In this document: in pieces, positions 46,667 to 55,681 of the stretch
Layout of the letters: each line of letters opens with the position of its first letter
Position numbering within the stretch: position 1 is the first letter of the stretch
Source: a virus
Lineage: Duplodnaviria > Caudoviricetes
DNA length: 57,410 nucleotides
IMG/VR virus record: IMGVR_UViG_3300015199_000003
Coordinates: 1-57,410 of that record
Strand: one strand, 5' to 3'
Position numbers and translations under genes: made by a program
The notes under the pieces: model-generated
The model's database searches: none
Seen by the model: only the letters and a program-made list of their open reading frames with translations
Told to the model about the DNA's origin: nothing

Positions 46667-46786
46667 CTTCGCGCAAGCTACCCCCACAATTCCCGCGCAT
46701 TCACCCTCCAAATCACCCCCGTATCTCACACCCCGCCAATTACATTCTCTTCGTTGGCATCACGCTCCATCGAAGGGAATCTCATC

Positions 46787-47173
46787 GTGTCGATTGTTGC
46801 TCCACCCAAACCGAAACGAGACTGGTCGGCCGTCGTCGCGCGGCTGGACAAGGAAGCCAAGATCAAACTGGCGGAAGCCGCGAAGCTGGTCCCGTGCGAT
46901 CGCGGACGGCGCGGCTACGCCTCGATCGCTCTGCTGGTCAAGTGGATCGTGAAAGGCAAGCGAGGCGCTTTCCTCGATGGCGTGCGCTGTGGACCGGGAA
47001 CGACCTGGTTCACGTCCCGGGAAGCGATCAGGCGGTTCTTCGCCGTGCTGTCGGAGATTGAAGCCAACCGGGCTGGCGGCATCGAGACCGCTGCGGATTT
47101 GTCGCCTTCGGAGCTGGAGCGGAAGGCAAAGCGGGCGCGGGACGCGTGGGAGAAAGAGAGGGCGAGCCGATGA
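46787..47173 (+). CDS. DUF1580-like excisionase/HTH protein
   Basis: LAEAAKLVP...KWIVKG..G.FLDGVR.G...WFTSREAIRRF. Confidence 0.75.
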   Translation: MSIVAPPKPKRDWSAVVARLDKEAKIKLAEAAKLVPCDRGRRGYASIALLVKWIVKGKRGAFLDGVRCGPGTTWFTSREAIRRFFAVLSEIEANRAGGIETAADLSPSELERKAKRARDAWEKERASR

Positions 47174-47181
47174 ATGCGAAC

Positions 47182-47538
47182 TTACTTCTTACGGGCTGCG
47201 ATTTTGCTGCCGACAAGAAACACCGAGCCGATCAAGGCGATGCCGAGCCCGAAGAAGGCCGAAATCACATCTCGCAGCGCGAGCGCGTAGAGCGTGAACG
47301 ATGCGCCGCCAACAATGAGGATGCCGCCAGCGAGGGCTATTCCACTACCAGACCATCGCGGCTTCGCGGATTGAGAAGTTTGGGCGGTCGGCGTGCCAGA
47401 TGGTTTCAGATTGTCGAGCGGAAGGAATTGCTCATTGCAGTGAGCGCAGCACCATTCCGCCATGAGGTTGCTCCCATGCACAGACATGGTCTGAGAACAT
47501 GCAGGGCAAGCGACGCGAACCATTCCGGATTCGGACAT
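47182..47538 (-). CDS. Zn-ribbon plus two-TM membrane protein
   Basis: CPAC...CAHC; C-terminal TM helices. Confidence 0.65.
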   Translation of the reverse strand: MSESGMVRVACPACSQTMSVHGSNLMAEWCCAHCNEQFLPLDNLKPSGTPTAQTSQSAKPRWSGSGIALAGGILIVGGASFTLYALALRDVISAFFGLGIALIGSVFLVGSKIAARKK

Positions 47539-47553
47539 TGCTCAAACTCCGGT

Positions 47554-48267
47554 CTATTTCTTATCGAGCTTCGCAAGCCTCTCGCGGGCCTTCTTTGCGG
47601 CCATCGTATCCGGGTACTTCTCGATCAATTCGAGCAAGTGGATGCGAGCGGTGATTTTGTCGTAGAGTCTCTGGGCTTCGACTTCGTCGCTGGCTTTCTT
47701 GGCGATGGCCGCTTCGGCGTCGGCTCTCTCTTTGGCGATTCGCTCGGCTTGAGCCTTGATCGCAGCCAGGCGAGCCGCTTCCTTGTCTTTCGCAATCCGG
47801 TCAGCTTCATCCTTCGTCTTCTGTTCCGGAGTTCGCTCGGCAAGTCGTTTTTCTTCGGCCGCTTTGCCATCAGTGATTTTCTTTTCCTTCTTCTGTGCAA
47901 ATTCCTTGATCGCAGCGTCAACCCATCTTTTGCGCTCGCCTTCCTTGAGAATCTTCCGCGCCTGGTCCTCGGTTATTCCGTATTTCGCGGCGATGTTTTT
48001 CAGCGCTTTTTCGTGACCTTCGCGGACATGCTCAACAAGATCTTTATCAGAGATGCCCGGCTTCGCTTCGCGCTGAGCCTCCATAAAGAGGCCGATTACG
48101 ATGGAATAATCGACGTAGAACTTTTTGCGGTTCGGCTCTGGGACCTCGGCCGCGACATCATCATCCTCGGCTTTGCCGCCAGTACCACCGTTCTGGCTTG
48201 TACCGCAAGCGCAGAGCATCGCGATGAAAATCGCCTGGATTCCGAAGCGTCGAATGATGGTGAACAC
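47554..48267 (-). CDS. putative lipoprotein with a charged coiled coil
   Basis: Lipobox-like LCAC; KYPDTMAAKKA. Confidence 0.65.
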   Translation of the reverse strand: MFTIIRRFGIQAIFIAMLCACGTSQNGGTGGKAEDDDVAAEVPEPNRKKFYVDYSIVIGLFMEAQREAKPGISDKDLVEHVREGHEKALKNIAAKYGITEDQARKILKEGERKRWVDAAIKEFAQKKEKKITDGKAAEEKRLAERTPEQKTKDEADRIAKDKEAARLAAIKAQAERIAKERADAEAAIAKKASDEVEAQRLYDKITARIHLLELIEKYPDTMAAKKARERLAKLDKK

Positions 48268-48288
48268 GTTCAGTTCCCCGCGAGAGCG

Positions 48289-48666
48289 CTAACGGCCATA
48301 CCTGAAAACCACAAAAAGTATAAACGCGAGAATAGCGGCCACCGTAAAAATGCAGCCGGCCAAATTCTCGCCGAGTCCTTTTCCAAAGCCGAATCCGAAT
48401 CCAGTCGAGAAGCTGTTTTCGACCCGATGGACGTTGCGCACGGTTCGCGGCGCGGGATCGTCGTCGAACTCGAAGTCAACCGCCTGCATGGGAAGCGGTT
48501 GAATGATCGGAGCCGGGCGGACGGGGATCGGCTCTGGTGGTGCCACGTGGTCAGACGGTCGAAGCGGCCCGCGACAAGTCGGGCAAATGGTATCGACCGT
48601 CAGGAATCGCGGATCGACTTGCATCCGGCCTTGGCAGTGGGGGCACTGAACAATAACGGGGTTCAT
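48289..48666 (-). CDS. Zn-finger plus C-terminal TM protein
   Basis: CPHC...CPTC, Pro-rich linker, TM helix. Confidence 0.65.
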   Translation of the reverse strand: MNPVIVQCPHCQGRMQVDPRFLTVDTICPTCRGPLRPSDHVAPPEPIPVRPAPIIQPLPMQAVDFEFDDDPAPRTVRNVHRVENSFSTGFGFGFGKGLGENLAGCIFTVAAILAFILFVVFRYGR

Positions 48667-48668
48667 GT

Positions 48669-48881
48669 TTACCGTTTTGGTTTTGGCTTGGGGCTGGCTT
48701 GGACCTCTGCACGAAGCCGCGCGCGTTCGGCCTGCGACTGGAGCATGAACTTGTTGAGGGCGTACCGAATCCAATTGGAGAGATCCATCCCGTTCTCTTC
48801 CGCCTCAAGCCGCCATTGCTCAATCGAATCGGAAGGCGCTTGTAGGTCTATTCGGTTCTTCGTCTTGGACATTGACGGCAT
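48669..48881 (-). CDS. ribbon-helix-helix regulator A-left
   Basis: RIDLQ...WRLEAEENGMDLSNWIRYAL. Confidence 0.7.
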   Translation of the reverse strand: MPSMSKTKNRIDLQAPSDSIEQWRLEAEENGMDLSNWIRYALNKFMLQSQAERARLRAEVQASPKPKPKR

Positions 48882-49008
48882 TTCCAAAGTAGCGATCACG
48901 GTAATTCTCCGGGTCTGTTACGGAAAGCGTACACAGGTTATTCGTCCAAAGCGATACAGGATATTTGCGGGAAATTCCCGGTTCTGATACAAAATCAGAA
49001 AATAGCGC

Positions 49009-49038
49009 TTGACAAGATCCGGGCTAGACCCGTATATT
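49009..49038 (+). promoter_or_regulatory. rightward promoter of switch A
   Basis: TTGACA-18 bp-TATATT. Confidence 0.6.
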
Positions 49039-49065
49039 TCCCGTGTCTCATATGGAGCCAATCGG

Positions 49066-49221
49066 ATGAACCAGACAGCGTTAAAGCAGCGGGTGGAAGT
49101 GCAGGCCGACAAGAAGCATGTCGATTCGTGGAAGAAAGCCGCCGAGCAAAACGGCCAAGATCTGACGAATTGGATTCGCTCGACCCTCATCCGTGCCGCG
49201 AAAGAATGCGCAAAGAAGTGA
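49066..49221 (+). CDS. ribbon-helix-helix regulator A-right
   Basis: RVEVQ...WKKAAEQNGQDLTNWIRSTL. Confidence 0.75.
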   Translation: MNQTALKQRVEVQADKKHVDSWKKAAEQNGQDLTNWIRSTLIRAAKECAKK

Positions 49222-49457
49222 ACCATTAACGGGGCAGCGCTGGACGCTCAAGGGTAAACGAAGGAACGCCCGGCTGCTGCCCCACCAAACAAGGAATCGA
49301 CCGATGATCGCTTTCCTGATTATTCTCGCGGTCTGCATGCCGCTCACCTACCTGCTCACGCGGTTGATCTACCGCGACTGGCGCGACTGGAATGATTGGT
49401 GCGAGAAGCATGAGGCTCGTGGTCGCGAAGCTCGCCGGGTTGATGCCCTGATCGGAC
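49216..49457 (+). repeat. direct repeat copy A (~240 bp), with a truncated copy of the small TM gene
   Basis: Highly similar but not identical to 50560-50802. Confidence 0.92.
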
Positions 49458-50028
49458 CGCCAACGGGCCCGGCTCCGGATGCCGGGAATCTCCTTATGCC
49501 CTCCAAGAGAACCTCATCCGCGGTGAGGATCTCGATCGCTTTGAAGGAATCGACCGCGAGCCAATTCTTTTGGTCGCCGATGCCCTGGGGCCCGAATTTG
49601 CCAACGGCTTCGAATTCCCATTTGAATGGCTCGACCTTGGGCGCTTCAAGCTGCGCTACTTCCTTTTTCTTCTTCGAAACGATCTTAGCCCCAGGGACTG
49701 CTTGGAGTGTGAATTCGCCGCGCTCAAACGACTTGACCTCAAATTCGCCATCGAAACCGATGGGCTCGTTTGCGTCGATTCCTTTGGTCGGAATTCCTTT
49801 GACAACGAATGCGAAGCCAGTCGAGCGGAGAACGCTTGCCCGAAGCGAGTTTTCGGACAGAACTTTGTCGCAAGCATAGCTGATGTCGCTGAGCGGTCCC
49901 TTGGTGCCGACAACGAATTTGTAAACGAAGGCGTTTGTCGCCGATCGAAACGCGGGGCCAATCGGCCGCGGGTCATCCGCCGAACAAACCGCCGCGGTCA
50001 ACAAGAAAATGAATGCAGCAGTTGGCAT
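49369..50028 (-). CDS. secreted protein, 3' end disrupted at the repeat junction
   Basis: Signal peptide MPTAAFIFLLTAAVCSA; the reading frame runs into antisense repeat A. Confidence 0.6.
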   Translation of the reverse strand: MPTAAFIFLLTAAVCSADDPRPIGPAFRSATNAFVYKFVVGTKGPLSDISYACDKVLSENSLRASVLRSTGFAFVVKGIPTKGIDANEPIGFDGEFEVKSFERGEFTLQAVPGAKIVSKKKKEVAQLEAPKVEPFKWEFEAVGKFGPQGIGDQKNWLAVDSFKAIEILTADEVLLEGIRRFPASGAGPVGGPIRASTRRASRPRASCFSHQSFQSRQSR

Positions 50029-50030
50029 GT

Positions 50031-50228
50031 CTACCTCTTTGTTCTTGGCGGCTCAGCTTCGCGGTCGAGCCGGGCCCGCTCGGCTCTTCCGATTCGCATC
50101 GCCGTGTTCAGGGTGTCCCGAATCCAAGCGGATAATGACAAGCCGCGCTCGGTGGCCTCATCTTCCCATTTGGCCTTCGTTGATTCAGGAACCCGAATTT
50201 CGACGCGCGTTTCGCCAGTCTTCGGCAT
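50031..50228 (-). CDS. ribbon-helix-helix regulator B-left
   Basis: RVEIR...WEDEATERGLSLSAWIRDTL...AERARL. Confidence 0.75.
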   Translation of the reverse strand: MPKTGETRVEIRVPESTKAKWEDEATERGLSLSAWIRDTLNTAMRIGRAERARLDREAEPPRTKR

Positions 50229-50347
50229 AGCGAGGGTACTCAGTTGCACCGTAAATTCTCCGTACAAGGAAAGATCGTAGCACAATTATATTCGGATACC
50301 ATCCCGCACTATTCCGTACGTTGTTAGGAATTTTGTCGGAATTGTTC

Positions 50348-50376
50348 TTGACGCGTTGTAACAATGAACGTACTCT
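50348..50376 (+). promoter_or_regulatory. rightward promoter of switch B
   Basis: TTGACG-17 bp-TACTCT. Confidence 0.6.
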
Positions 50377-50406
50377 GTCCGTACAACTGACGGAGAGGAA
50401 AGACAA

Positions 50407-50565
50407 ATGCCAGCGACAGCAGAGAAGAGAGTCGAATTGCGAACGAGCGATAAGCAATTGCGAGAGTGGCGACGCGCCGCCGAAGAACGCGGCCTCGGAC
50501 TATCCGCATGGATTCGCGACACACTCAACGCAAAAGCCCGTGAGCAACGACAAATAAGAAAGTGA
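50407..50565 (+). CDS. ribbon-helix-helix regulator B-right (52 aa, not in the ORF track)
   Basis: MPATAEKRVELRTSDKQLREWRRAAEERGLGLSAWIRDTLNAKAREQRQIRK; GGAGAGG RBS. Confidence 0.75.
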   Translation: MPATAEKRVELRTSDKQLREWRRAAEERGLGLSAWIRDTLNAKAREQRQIRK

Positions 50566-50802
50566 AACCATTAACGGGGCAGCGTCGGACGCTCAAGGGT
50601 AAACGAAGGAACGCCCGGCCGCTGCCCCACCAAACAAGGAACCGACCGATGATCGCCTTCCTGATCATTCTGGCAACCTGTATGCCGCTCACTTACTTGC
50701 TCACGCGGTTGATCTACCGCGACTGGCGGGAATGGAACGAGTGGTGTGAGAAGCACGAAGCTCGTGGTCGCGAAGCTCGCCGGGTTGATGCCCTGATCGG
50801 AC
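50560..50802 (+). repeat. direct repeat copy B
   Basis: Highly similar to 49216-49457. Confidence 0.92.
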
Positions 50803-50825
50803 TGATGAAGGACAAGAGGTATTGA
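50649..50825 (+). CDS. small TM protein (intact copy)
   Basis: MIAFLIILATCMPLTYLL; AAGGA RBS. Confidence 0.65.
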   Translation: MIAFLIILATCMPLTYLLTRLIYRDWREWNEWCEKHEARGREARRVDALIGLMKDKRY

Positions 50826-50868
50826 TCGGGGATCCGCCATGCCGCTGAAGTGAGGGTCAACGGTTCTG

Positions 50869-51075
50869 GTGGACCCCGATCTATTTGGAGATGCGAATAT
50901 GCTCAGTTACGGAAACCTGTTTTTCGCCATCCTCGGAATCACCGTTGGCCTACCGCCGGTGTACCCCGTGCTTTCCATCTTGGCGGCCGCACTCAGCTTC
51001 GCGATGGCCAGGGCCGACGCCGTGGATCACGCAAAACACGTCGCCCGCATGGCTGAGTTTCGCTCGCAGCACTGA
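50869..51075 (+). CDS. small membrane protein
   Basis: Hydrophobic segments. Confidence 0.5.
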   Translation: MDPDLFGDANMLSYGNLFFAILGITVGLPPVYPVLSILAAALSFAMARADAVDHAKHVARMAEFRSQH

Positions 51076-51198
51076 ATCACGAGTGACGCGCGTCTCCCCG
51101 ACGTAAAGGGGCGGGTTTTCCGGTGCAAACCGTTTCGCACTGGCGCTAGCTGCCCTTGCGTTAAAGAGGTAGTGACGGCCGGAAAAAGACCGGCAATT

Positions 51199-51281
51199 CG
51201 GGGAGTAGCTCAGACAGGTTAGAGCGGCGAGTTTTAGGCAATGGGACTCGCAGGTCGGAGGTTCAAACCCTTCCTCCCTGA
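51199..51281 (+). tRNA. tRNA-like RNA (Pro-like body) with an expanded anticodon arm
   Basis: CGGGGAG/CTCCCCT acceptor, GCTC/GAGC D stem, GGAGG-TTCAAAC-CCTTC T arm; 15-nt loop closed by GCGAG/CTCGC. Confidence 0.7.
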
Positions 51282-51399
51282 TTCGCGGTCCGCAAGTGGC
51301 GGGAGCGCCAAGGCGTTGAGGCAGAGCCTTCCGCGACAACATCCCGATTAGATCGACAGACAGCAACGCGCCTCGGTGCGCGCATGGAGACTTGCCGAC

Positions 51400-51792
51400 A
51401 TGAGCGGACAAAACGGCGAATGGATGAACGAAGACCAGCGCTCGGCGGTCAAGGCCGATGCGGATGCGATGACGCCAGCGGATGTTGCCGTCGCGTACAT
51501 GCTCGGTCGCATCCAAGAAGATCCTGACCTACGGCACGTCATGCTGCACACCGAAGCATTCCACAAGCTCTGCATCGCGGAGGCGTCGCGCAAACGCTTT
51601 ATGGCTCCTGGAGAAACGGCGGAACAAGTTGAAACGCGTCGCTCCATGGACCGGCAGCCGGCGCATCGCAAGTTCAAGCCCCGCATTCCCGAATTCAGGC
51701 GGCTTATCGAAGCCATCGCGAACCGAGTTGTAGAAATGCGATTCAGCGACGACTTACTGGCAGAATTGATCGACGAAGCTCAGCGCCTCTAA
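51400..51792 (+). CDS. hypothetical protein
   Basis: GGAG RBS; helical ORF. Confidence 0.55.
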   Translation: MSGQNGEWMNEDQRSAVKADADAMTPADVAVAYMLGRIQEDPDLRHVMLHTEAFHKLCIAEASRKRFMAPGETAEQVETRRSMDRQPAHRKFKPRIPEFRRLIEAIANRVVEMRFSDDLLAELIDEAQRL

Positions 51793-51810
51793 AGCGAAAG
51801 GACTTCCAGC

Positions 51811-52098
51811 ATGATTCCCGATTTGTCCTCTCTGTCGAGCGCCCAACGCGAGCGCATCGCGCGCTTACTCGCGGCCATTGTTCGCAATGGAAGAGCGCTT
51901 GTAGTTCGCGCTGAAGGCGCTTGCGAGGCCGTGAATTTTGGCCACCATCATGCACCTCAAGACCTCGACCTTTTGGGCAACGAATGCAAGCGGCTCTATG
52001 AATCCTGGCTCGCCATCGGCTACACGATCAATGAATCCGAACCGGAAAACGAAGCCGATCTCGCAGAACTGACGCGCGGGCAGAAGTCGGCGTTTTGA
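51811..52098 (+). CDS. hypothetical protein
   Basis: AAGGA RBS. Confidence 0.55.
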   Translation: MIPDLSSLSSAQRERIARLLAAIVRNGRALVVRAEGACEAVNFGHHHAPQDLDLLGNECKRLYESWLAIGYTINESEPENEADLAELTRGQKSAF

Positions 52099-52188
52099 TC
52101 CATCCCGGCGGGCCGCTTGTTGCGGCATGAAGTGGCCTCAATGTGTATGGCTGGCGCTTCACCGCCGGGGATTTTTCACGGAGGAAAC

Positions 52189-52383
52189 ATGCTCTGTCTC
52201 ACTCGAAAGATCGGTCAGGAAATCATCATCGACGGCAACATTGTGGTAACCATAGTGGCCGTGAAAGGTGATTCTGTGCGGATCGGCATAAGCGCCCCAA
52301 AAGAGACGCGCGTCGATCGCGCCGAAGTCCATGAAGCGCGGAAGCGCGGTTTCGATGGCGCTCAAGCCTGCGGAGAATCGTGA
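52189..52383 (+). CDS. csrA: carbon storage regulator CsrA
   Basis: MLCLTRKIGQEIIIDGNIVVT...VRIGISAPKETRVDRAEV. Confidence 0.92.
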   Translation: MLCLTRKIGQEIIIDGNIVVTIVAVKGDSVRIGISAPKETRVDRAEVHEARKRGFDGAQACGES

Positions 52384-52589
52384 TGCCGCTAGGTTCCCGG
52401 GTCCGCCTGATCTCCGCAGCGGACCACCTGCCCGCGACCTTGCGGCCCCAAAGCGGGCAGATTGGCGTGGTGGTCGGTTGGGAGAATGTTGGCGCGGAGA
52501 AGGCTGAGCCTCTTTGCATGGTCGATTTCGGGACCGTCCGACTGCTTGTCGCCGCCGGGCACCTCCAGTTGGAAGCGAGGGCATCATGA
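52380..52589 (+). CDS. small SH3-like hypothetical protein
   Basis: Coupled ORF. Confidence 0.5.
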   Translation: MMPLGSRVRLISAADHLPATLRPQSGQIGVVVGWENVGAEKAEPLCMVDFGTVRLLVAAGHLQLEARAS

Positions 52590-52810
52590 GCGACCGCGCC
52601 GAACCAATCGAGAAAACATGCCGATCGTGTGGCAAAGAGTGGATCAGCCACGACGGCATGATTCGGACGTGCGCGGCTTTGCAGGCCGCGCAGAAGCGAA
52701 TCGAGACGCTTGAAGCGCTGACGATTTCCCAAGCCGAGCGGATCGCAGCACAATCGGAACTGCTCGGCAAAAAGGCCGAGAAACCATCCAAGAGAAAGGC
52801 GAGCAAATGA
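52586..52810 (+). CDS. hypothetical protein
   Basis: Coupled ORF with CRSC and a coiled coil. Confidence 0.5.
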   Translation: MSDRAEPIEKTCRSCGKEWISHDGMIRTCAALQAAQKRIETLEALTISQAERIAAQSELLGKKAEKPSKRKASK

Positions 52811-54336
52811 GCGCGACAGCAACCAAACCGAGAGCAAAGAAGGCGTCTTCGGAAGAAGTCGTCATTCGGAACGCGGGCGCTATCGAGGGAGAGTTTCGAT
52901 TCCCTCTCGATAGTTTCGGGGTCTATGAATTCCAGGGCAGCAACGGTGTTGGCAAATCGACCGCCCTTCGAATGCTCAGACTTCTTACCGGCCACAAGGT
53001 CGATGTGACGGTGCATCACGGGGCCTTGGATGGGTCAATCGAAGCGCTCGGGGCCGTCGCGCCGCTCGGTCGAAAACAAGTTCGCGGCGAACTCGAAATC
53101 GGCAATATCGAAAGCGACAAATGGTCGATCGACGACGTGACCGACCCGGCGGGCGAACGACCAGAAGTCCGCGACGCGAACCGCATCAAGGCGCTCGCCG
53201 CTTTGTCCGGCACGAAAGCCGATCCGGCGCCATACCTCGAAATCATGCCCAACGAACTGGATCGGCTCATCGACCGCAAGAAGCTGGAGACCGATGATCC
53301 GCTGATCCTGCAATCGCGCGTCAAGGATGCTTTCGAGTCGGCCGCTCGGCAGTCTGAGGCTGAATGCAGCAACGAAAAGACTCGCGCGGCTCAATGTCGA
53401 GCAGCCTTTGAGGGCATCGACCTGGACGCTCCGCACGACGCGAAGGAGCTGGCTGGCCATTCGGAGCGAGCGGCCGCAGCGCTTTCCGCGCTGGAATCCC
53501 AATCGCTCGCCGCGGTGAACGCCAAACGCAAGAGCACTGAAGCTCGCGAGAATCTGAGGATCGCTCGGGAGAACTACAAGGGCAAGACTCTGGAGCAAGC
53601 GCGCGAGGATTCGAGCACGGCGGTGCATTCGCGTCAGGCGGCTGCGGATGAGGTCGCTAAGTTGGATCGCCAGTTGGCCACGGCGAAAGAGTTACATCGA
53701 GCAGCCTGCGCGCATGAAACGGCAGCGGCACAAGCCGTCGCCGCCGCCGAGCAGCACGAAAAGGTAGCCGCCCATTTCGAGGCCTTGATCCAATCATCCG
53801 CCGACGTTCCCGAACCGACGTCCGCTGAGATCGAAGCCGCTCGCGAAACCTTGAACGCCGCCCGTCTGGCTGCCGAGCAAGGCGTTCGTGTCCGCGACGG
53901 CATCGCGAAGGCCGCTGAGCATGCCCGCCACGCGGAAGCTGCCACGGAAGCGGAGAAGGTAGCGATCAGCTTCCGTGGCGCGGCCGCGATGACGTTCGAC
54001 GTTCTCACGCAATCGGTCAAGCTCACCGGCATCCGGATCGAGAACGTCGATGGCAGTCCAAGATTGATCGTCGATCATCCGAAGACCGGCAAGCCGTGCT
54101 TCTTCGATGGGGACCGAGGCGGCTTGTCCGACGGCGAGCGCTCCATCTTCGCCATGCGGACGCTCAGGCATTTGATTCCGAGCCCCGGTCTTTTCGCGGT
54201 TCCGCAGCGCGTTTGGGAATCGCTCTCACCTGCAGCGCGGGCTCAGTTTCACCGGGAAGCTGTCGAGCAGAAGGTTTATCTGTTTTGCGCCCTGCCGACT
54301 GACGGGGCGCTCCGAGTTGAGAGGCCATACCGATGA
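52807..54336 (+). CDS. SMC/Rad50-like ABC ATPase
   Basis: GSNGVGKS, long coiled coil, LSDGE signature; Walker B degenerate. Confidence 0.75.
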   Translation: MSATATKPRAKKASSEEVVIRNAGAIEGEFRFPLDSFGVYEFQGSNGVGKSTALRMLRLLTGHKVDVTVHHGALDGSIEALGAVAPLGRKQVRGELEIGNIESDKWSIDDVTDPAGERPEVRDANRIKALAALSGTKADPAPYLEIMPNELDRLIDRKKLETDDPLILQSRVKDAFESAARQSEAECSNEKTRAAQCRAAFEGIDLDAPHDAKELAGHSERAAAALSALESQSLAAVNAKRKSTEARENLRIARENYKGKTLEQAREDSSTAVHSRQAAADEVAKLDRQLATAKELHRAACAHETAAAQAVAAAEQHEKVAAHFEALIQSSADVPEPTSAEIEAARETLNAARLAAEQGVRVRDGIAKAAEHARHAEAATEAEKVAISFRGAAAMTFDVLTQSVKLTGIRIENVDGSPRLIVDHPKTGKPCFFDGDRGGLSDGERSIFAMRTLRHLIPSPGLFAVPQRVWESLSPAARAQFHREAVEQKVYLFCALPTDGALRVERPYR

Positions 54337-54758
54337 GCAATTACATTCCGGTTGGCGTTGCCAGAGCGCAGGCCATTGCTGACGAATGCGAGAAGGACGT
54401 GGTTGTCATCGTGTCGTTCGACCGCGCATTCGACCTTCTTCACACGACGACATTCGGCAGGACGCCGATTGATAAGGACTCGGCTGCCGCGCTCGGCGAA
54501 TTGCTGTCAACGGCAGCGGGCGGAGAAAACGGACTCGCGAAGTTCTTCGAGGACTTCCGGACGCCGAGCGCGGCAGCATTGATGAAGGCCCAGCGCGACG
54601 AACTTCTTGAAGCGCTTGACCGAATCGAGATCGAAGCGGAAGCCCTTACCAAATTCGTCCACGGCTCGCATTGGTTGGCAAGCGACCACGCCTGCTCCGC
54701 TTGCGAAATACTCCATGTAGCCCGTGTGGCTATCGCCAAAATGAAAGGCCAATCATGA
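54333..54758 (+). CDS. hypothetical protein
   Basis: Coupled ORF. Confidence 0.55.
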   Translation: MSNYIPVGVARAQAIADECEKDVVVIVSFDRAFDLLHTTTFGRTPIDKDSAAALGELLSTAAGGENGLAKFFEDFRTPSAAALMKAQRDELLEALDRIEIEAEALTKFVHGSHWLASDHACSACEILHVARVAIAKMKGQS

Positions 54759-55681
54759 TCGACCGACCCGGCATCTACTTCGACATCGACCCAAAGAACT
54801 ACTTTGCCGATCCGTGCAAAGAGCCCTCGCTCAATCAGTCGCTCGCCAAGCTACTTCTGGAGAAGTCGCCATTGCACGCGAAGTACGCGCATCCGCGCTT
54901 GACTCCGCAGTCGGCAGAGGACGAAGACGACAAGCCAGAGAAGTACGACAAGGACAAGGCCATCGGCAACGCGGCTCATGCGTTGATCCTCGGGCGCGGC
55001 AAGGATCTGGCCATCGGGGAGTTTGACGCCTGGACAACCAAGGCCGCGAAGGAATTCAAGCTGGACGCTTACCGCTCCGGTGAAGAGCCGATCCTCCGGA
55101 AGCATTATCAGGCCGCTTGGCGATTGGCCGCATCGGTGAAAGAGCAGTTGAGCGCCCATCAGTGCAACGACTGCTTCATCGGTGGGAAGTCTGAGGCGGT
55201 GATTGCGTGGCAAGAGGAAGGCTTTTGGTTCCGTTCGATGATCGACTTCGTTCACGATGATCTGCGCGTCTTCGACGACCTCAAGACGACTGGCATGAGC
55301 GCTTCTCCGCAGTCGATCCCCTGGATGATCGACGATATGGGCTGGGACATTCAGGCGGCCATGTGGGAACGCGGGCTCAACATCATCGACCCGGAGAATG
55401 CGGGACGTCGGCGCTATCGGTTCATCGCGGTCGAGAACGAGCCGCCGTTCGCGCTGACGGTCAACGATCTGTCTGAGGCGGTGCTGACGATCGGACGTCG
55501 GCGACTCAGGGCGGCAATCGAGCGGTGGAAGCGCTGCATGAAGTTGAACGACTGGCCGGCTTATCCGACGACCTGTTTGTATCCCGAGTTCCCCGGCGCC
55601 CGCGCTATTCGCTGGGAAGAGCGCGAGCGCGAACTGGCAGACGCGGGGATGGATCTGCCCGCGACAAAGGAGATGGTCTAA
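54755..55681 (+). CDS. RecE/exonuclease VIII-like PD-(D/E)XK nuclease
   Basis: GNAAHALIL, RSMID, DLKTT, IQAAM, FIAVENEPPF. Confidence 0.88.
   Translation: MIDRPGIYFDIDPKNYFADPCKEPSLNQSLAKLLLEKSPLHAKYAHPRLTPQSAEDEDDKPEKYDKDKAIGNAAHALILGRGKDLAIGEFDAWTTKAAKEFKLDAYRSGEEPILRKHYQAAWRLAASVKEQLSAHQCNDCFIGGKSEAVIAWQEEGFWFRSMIDFVHDDLRVFDDLKTTGMSASPQSIPWMIDDMGWDIQAAMWERGLNIIDPENAGRRRYRFIAVENEPPFALTVNDLSEAVLTIGRRRLRAAIERWKRCMKLNDWPAYPTTCLYPEFPGARAIRWEERERELADAGMDLPATKEMV

Noticed and set aside
47146-48987. 613-aa plus-strand ORF
   Set aside because: Antisense shadow of four coherent minus-strand genes; no recognisable motifs.
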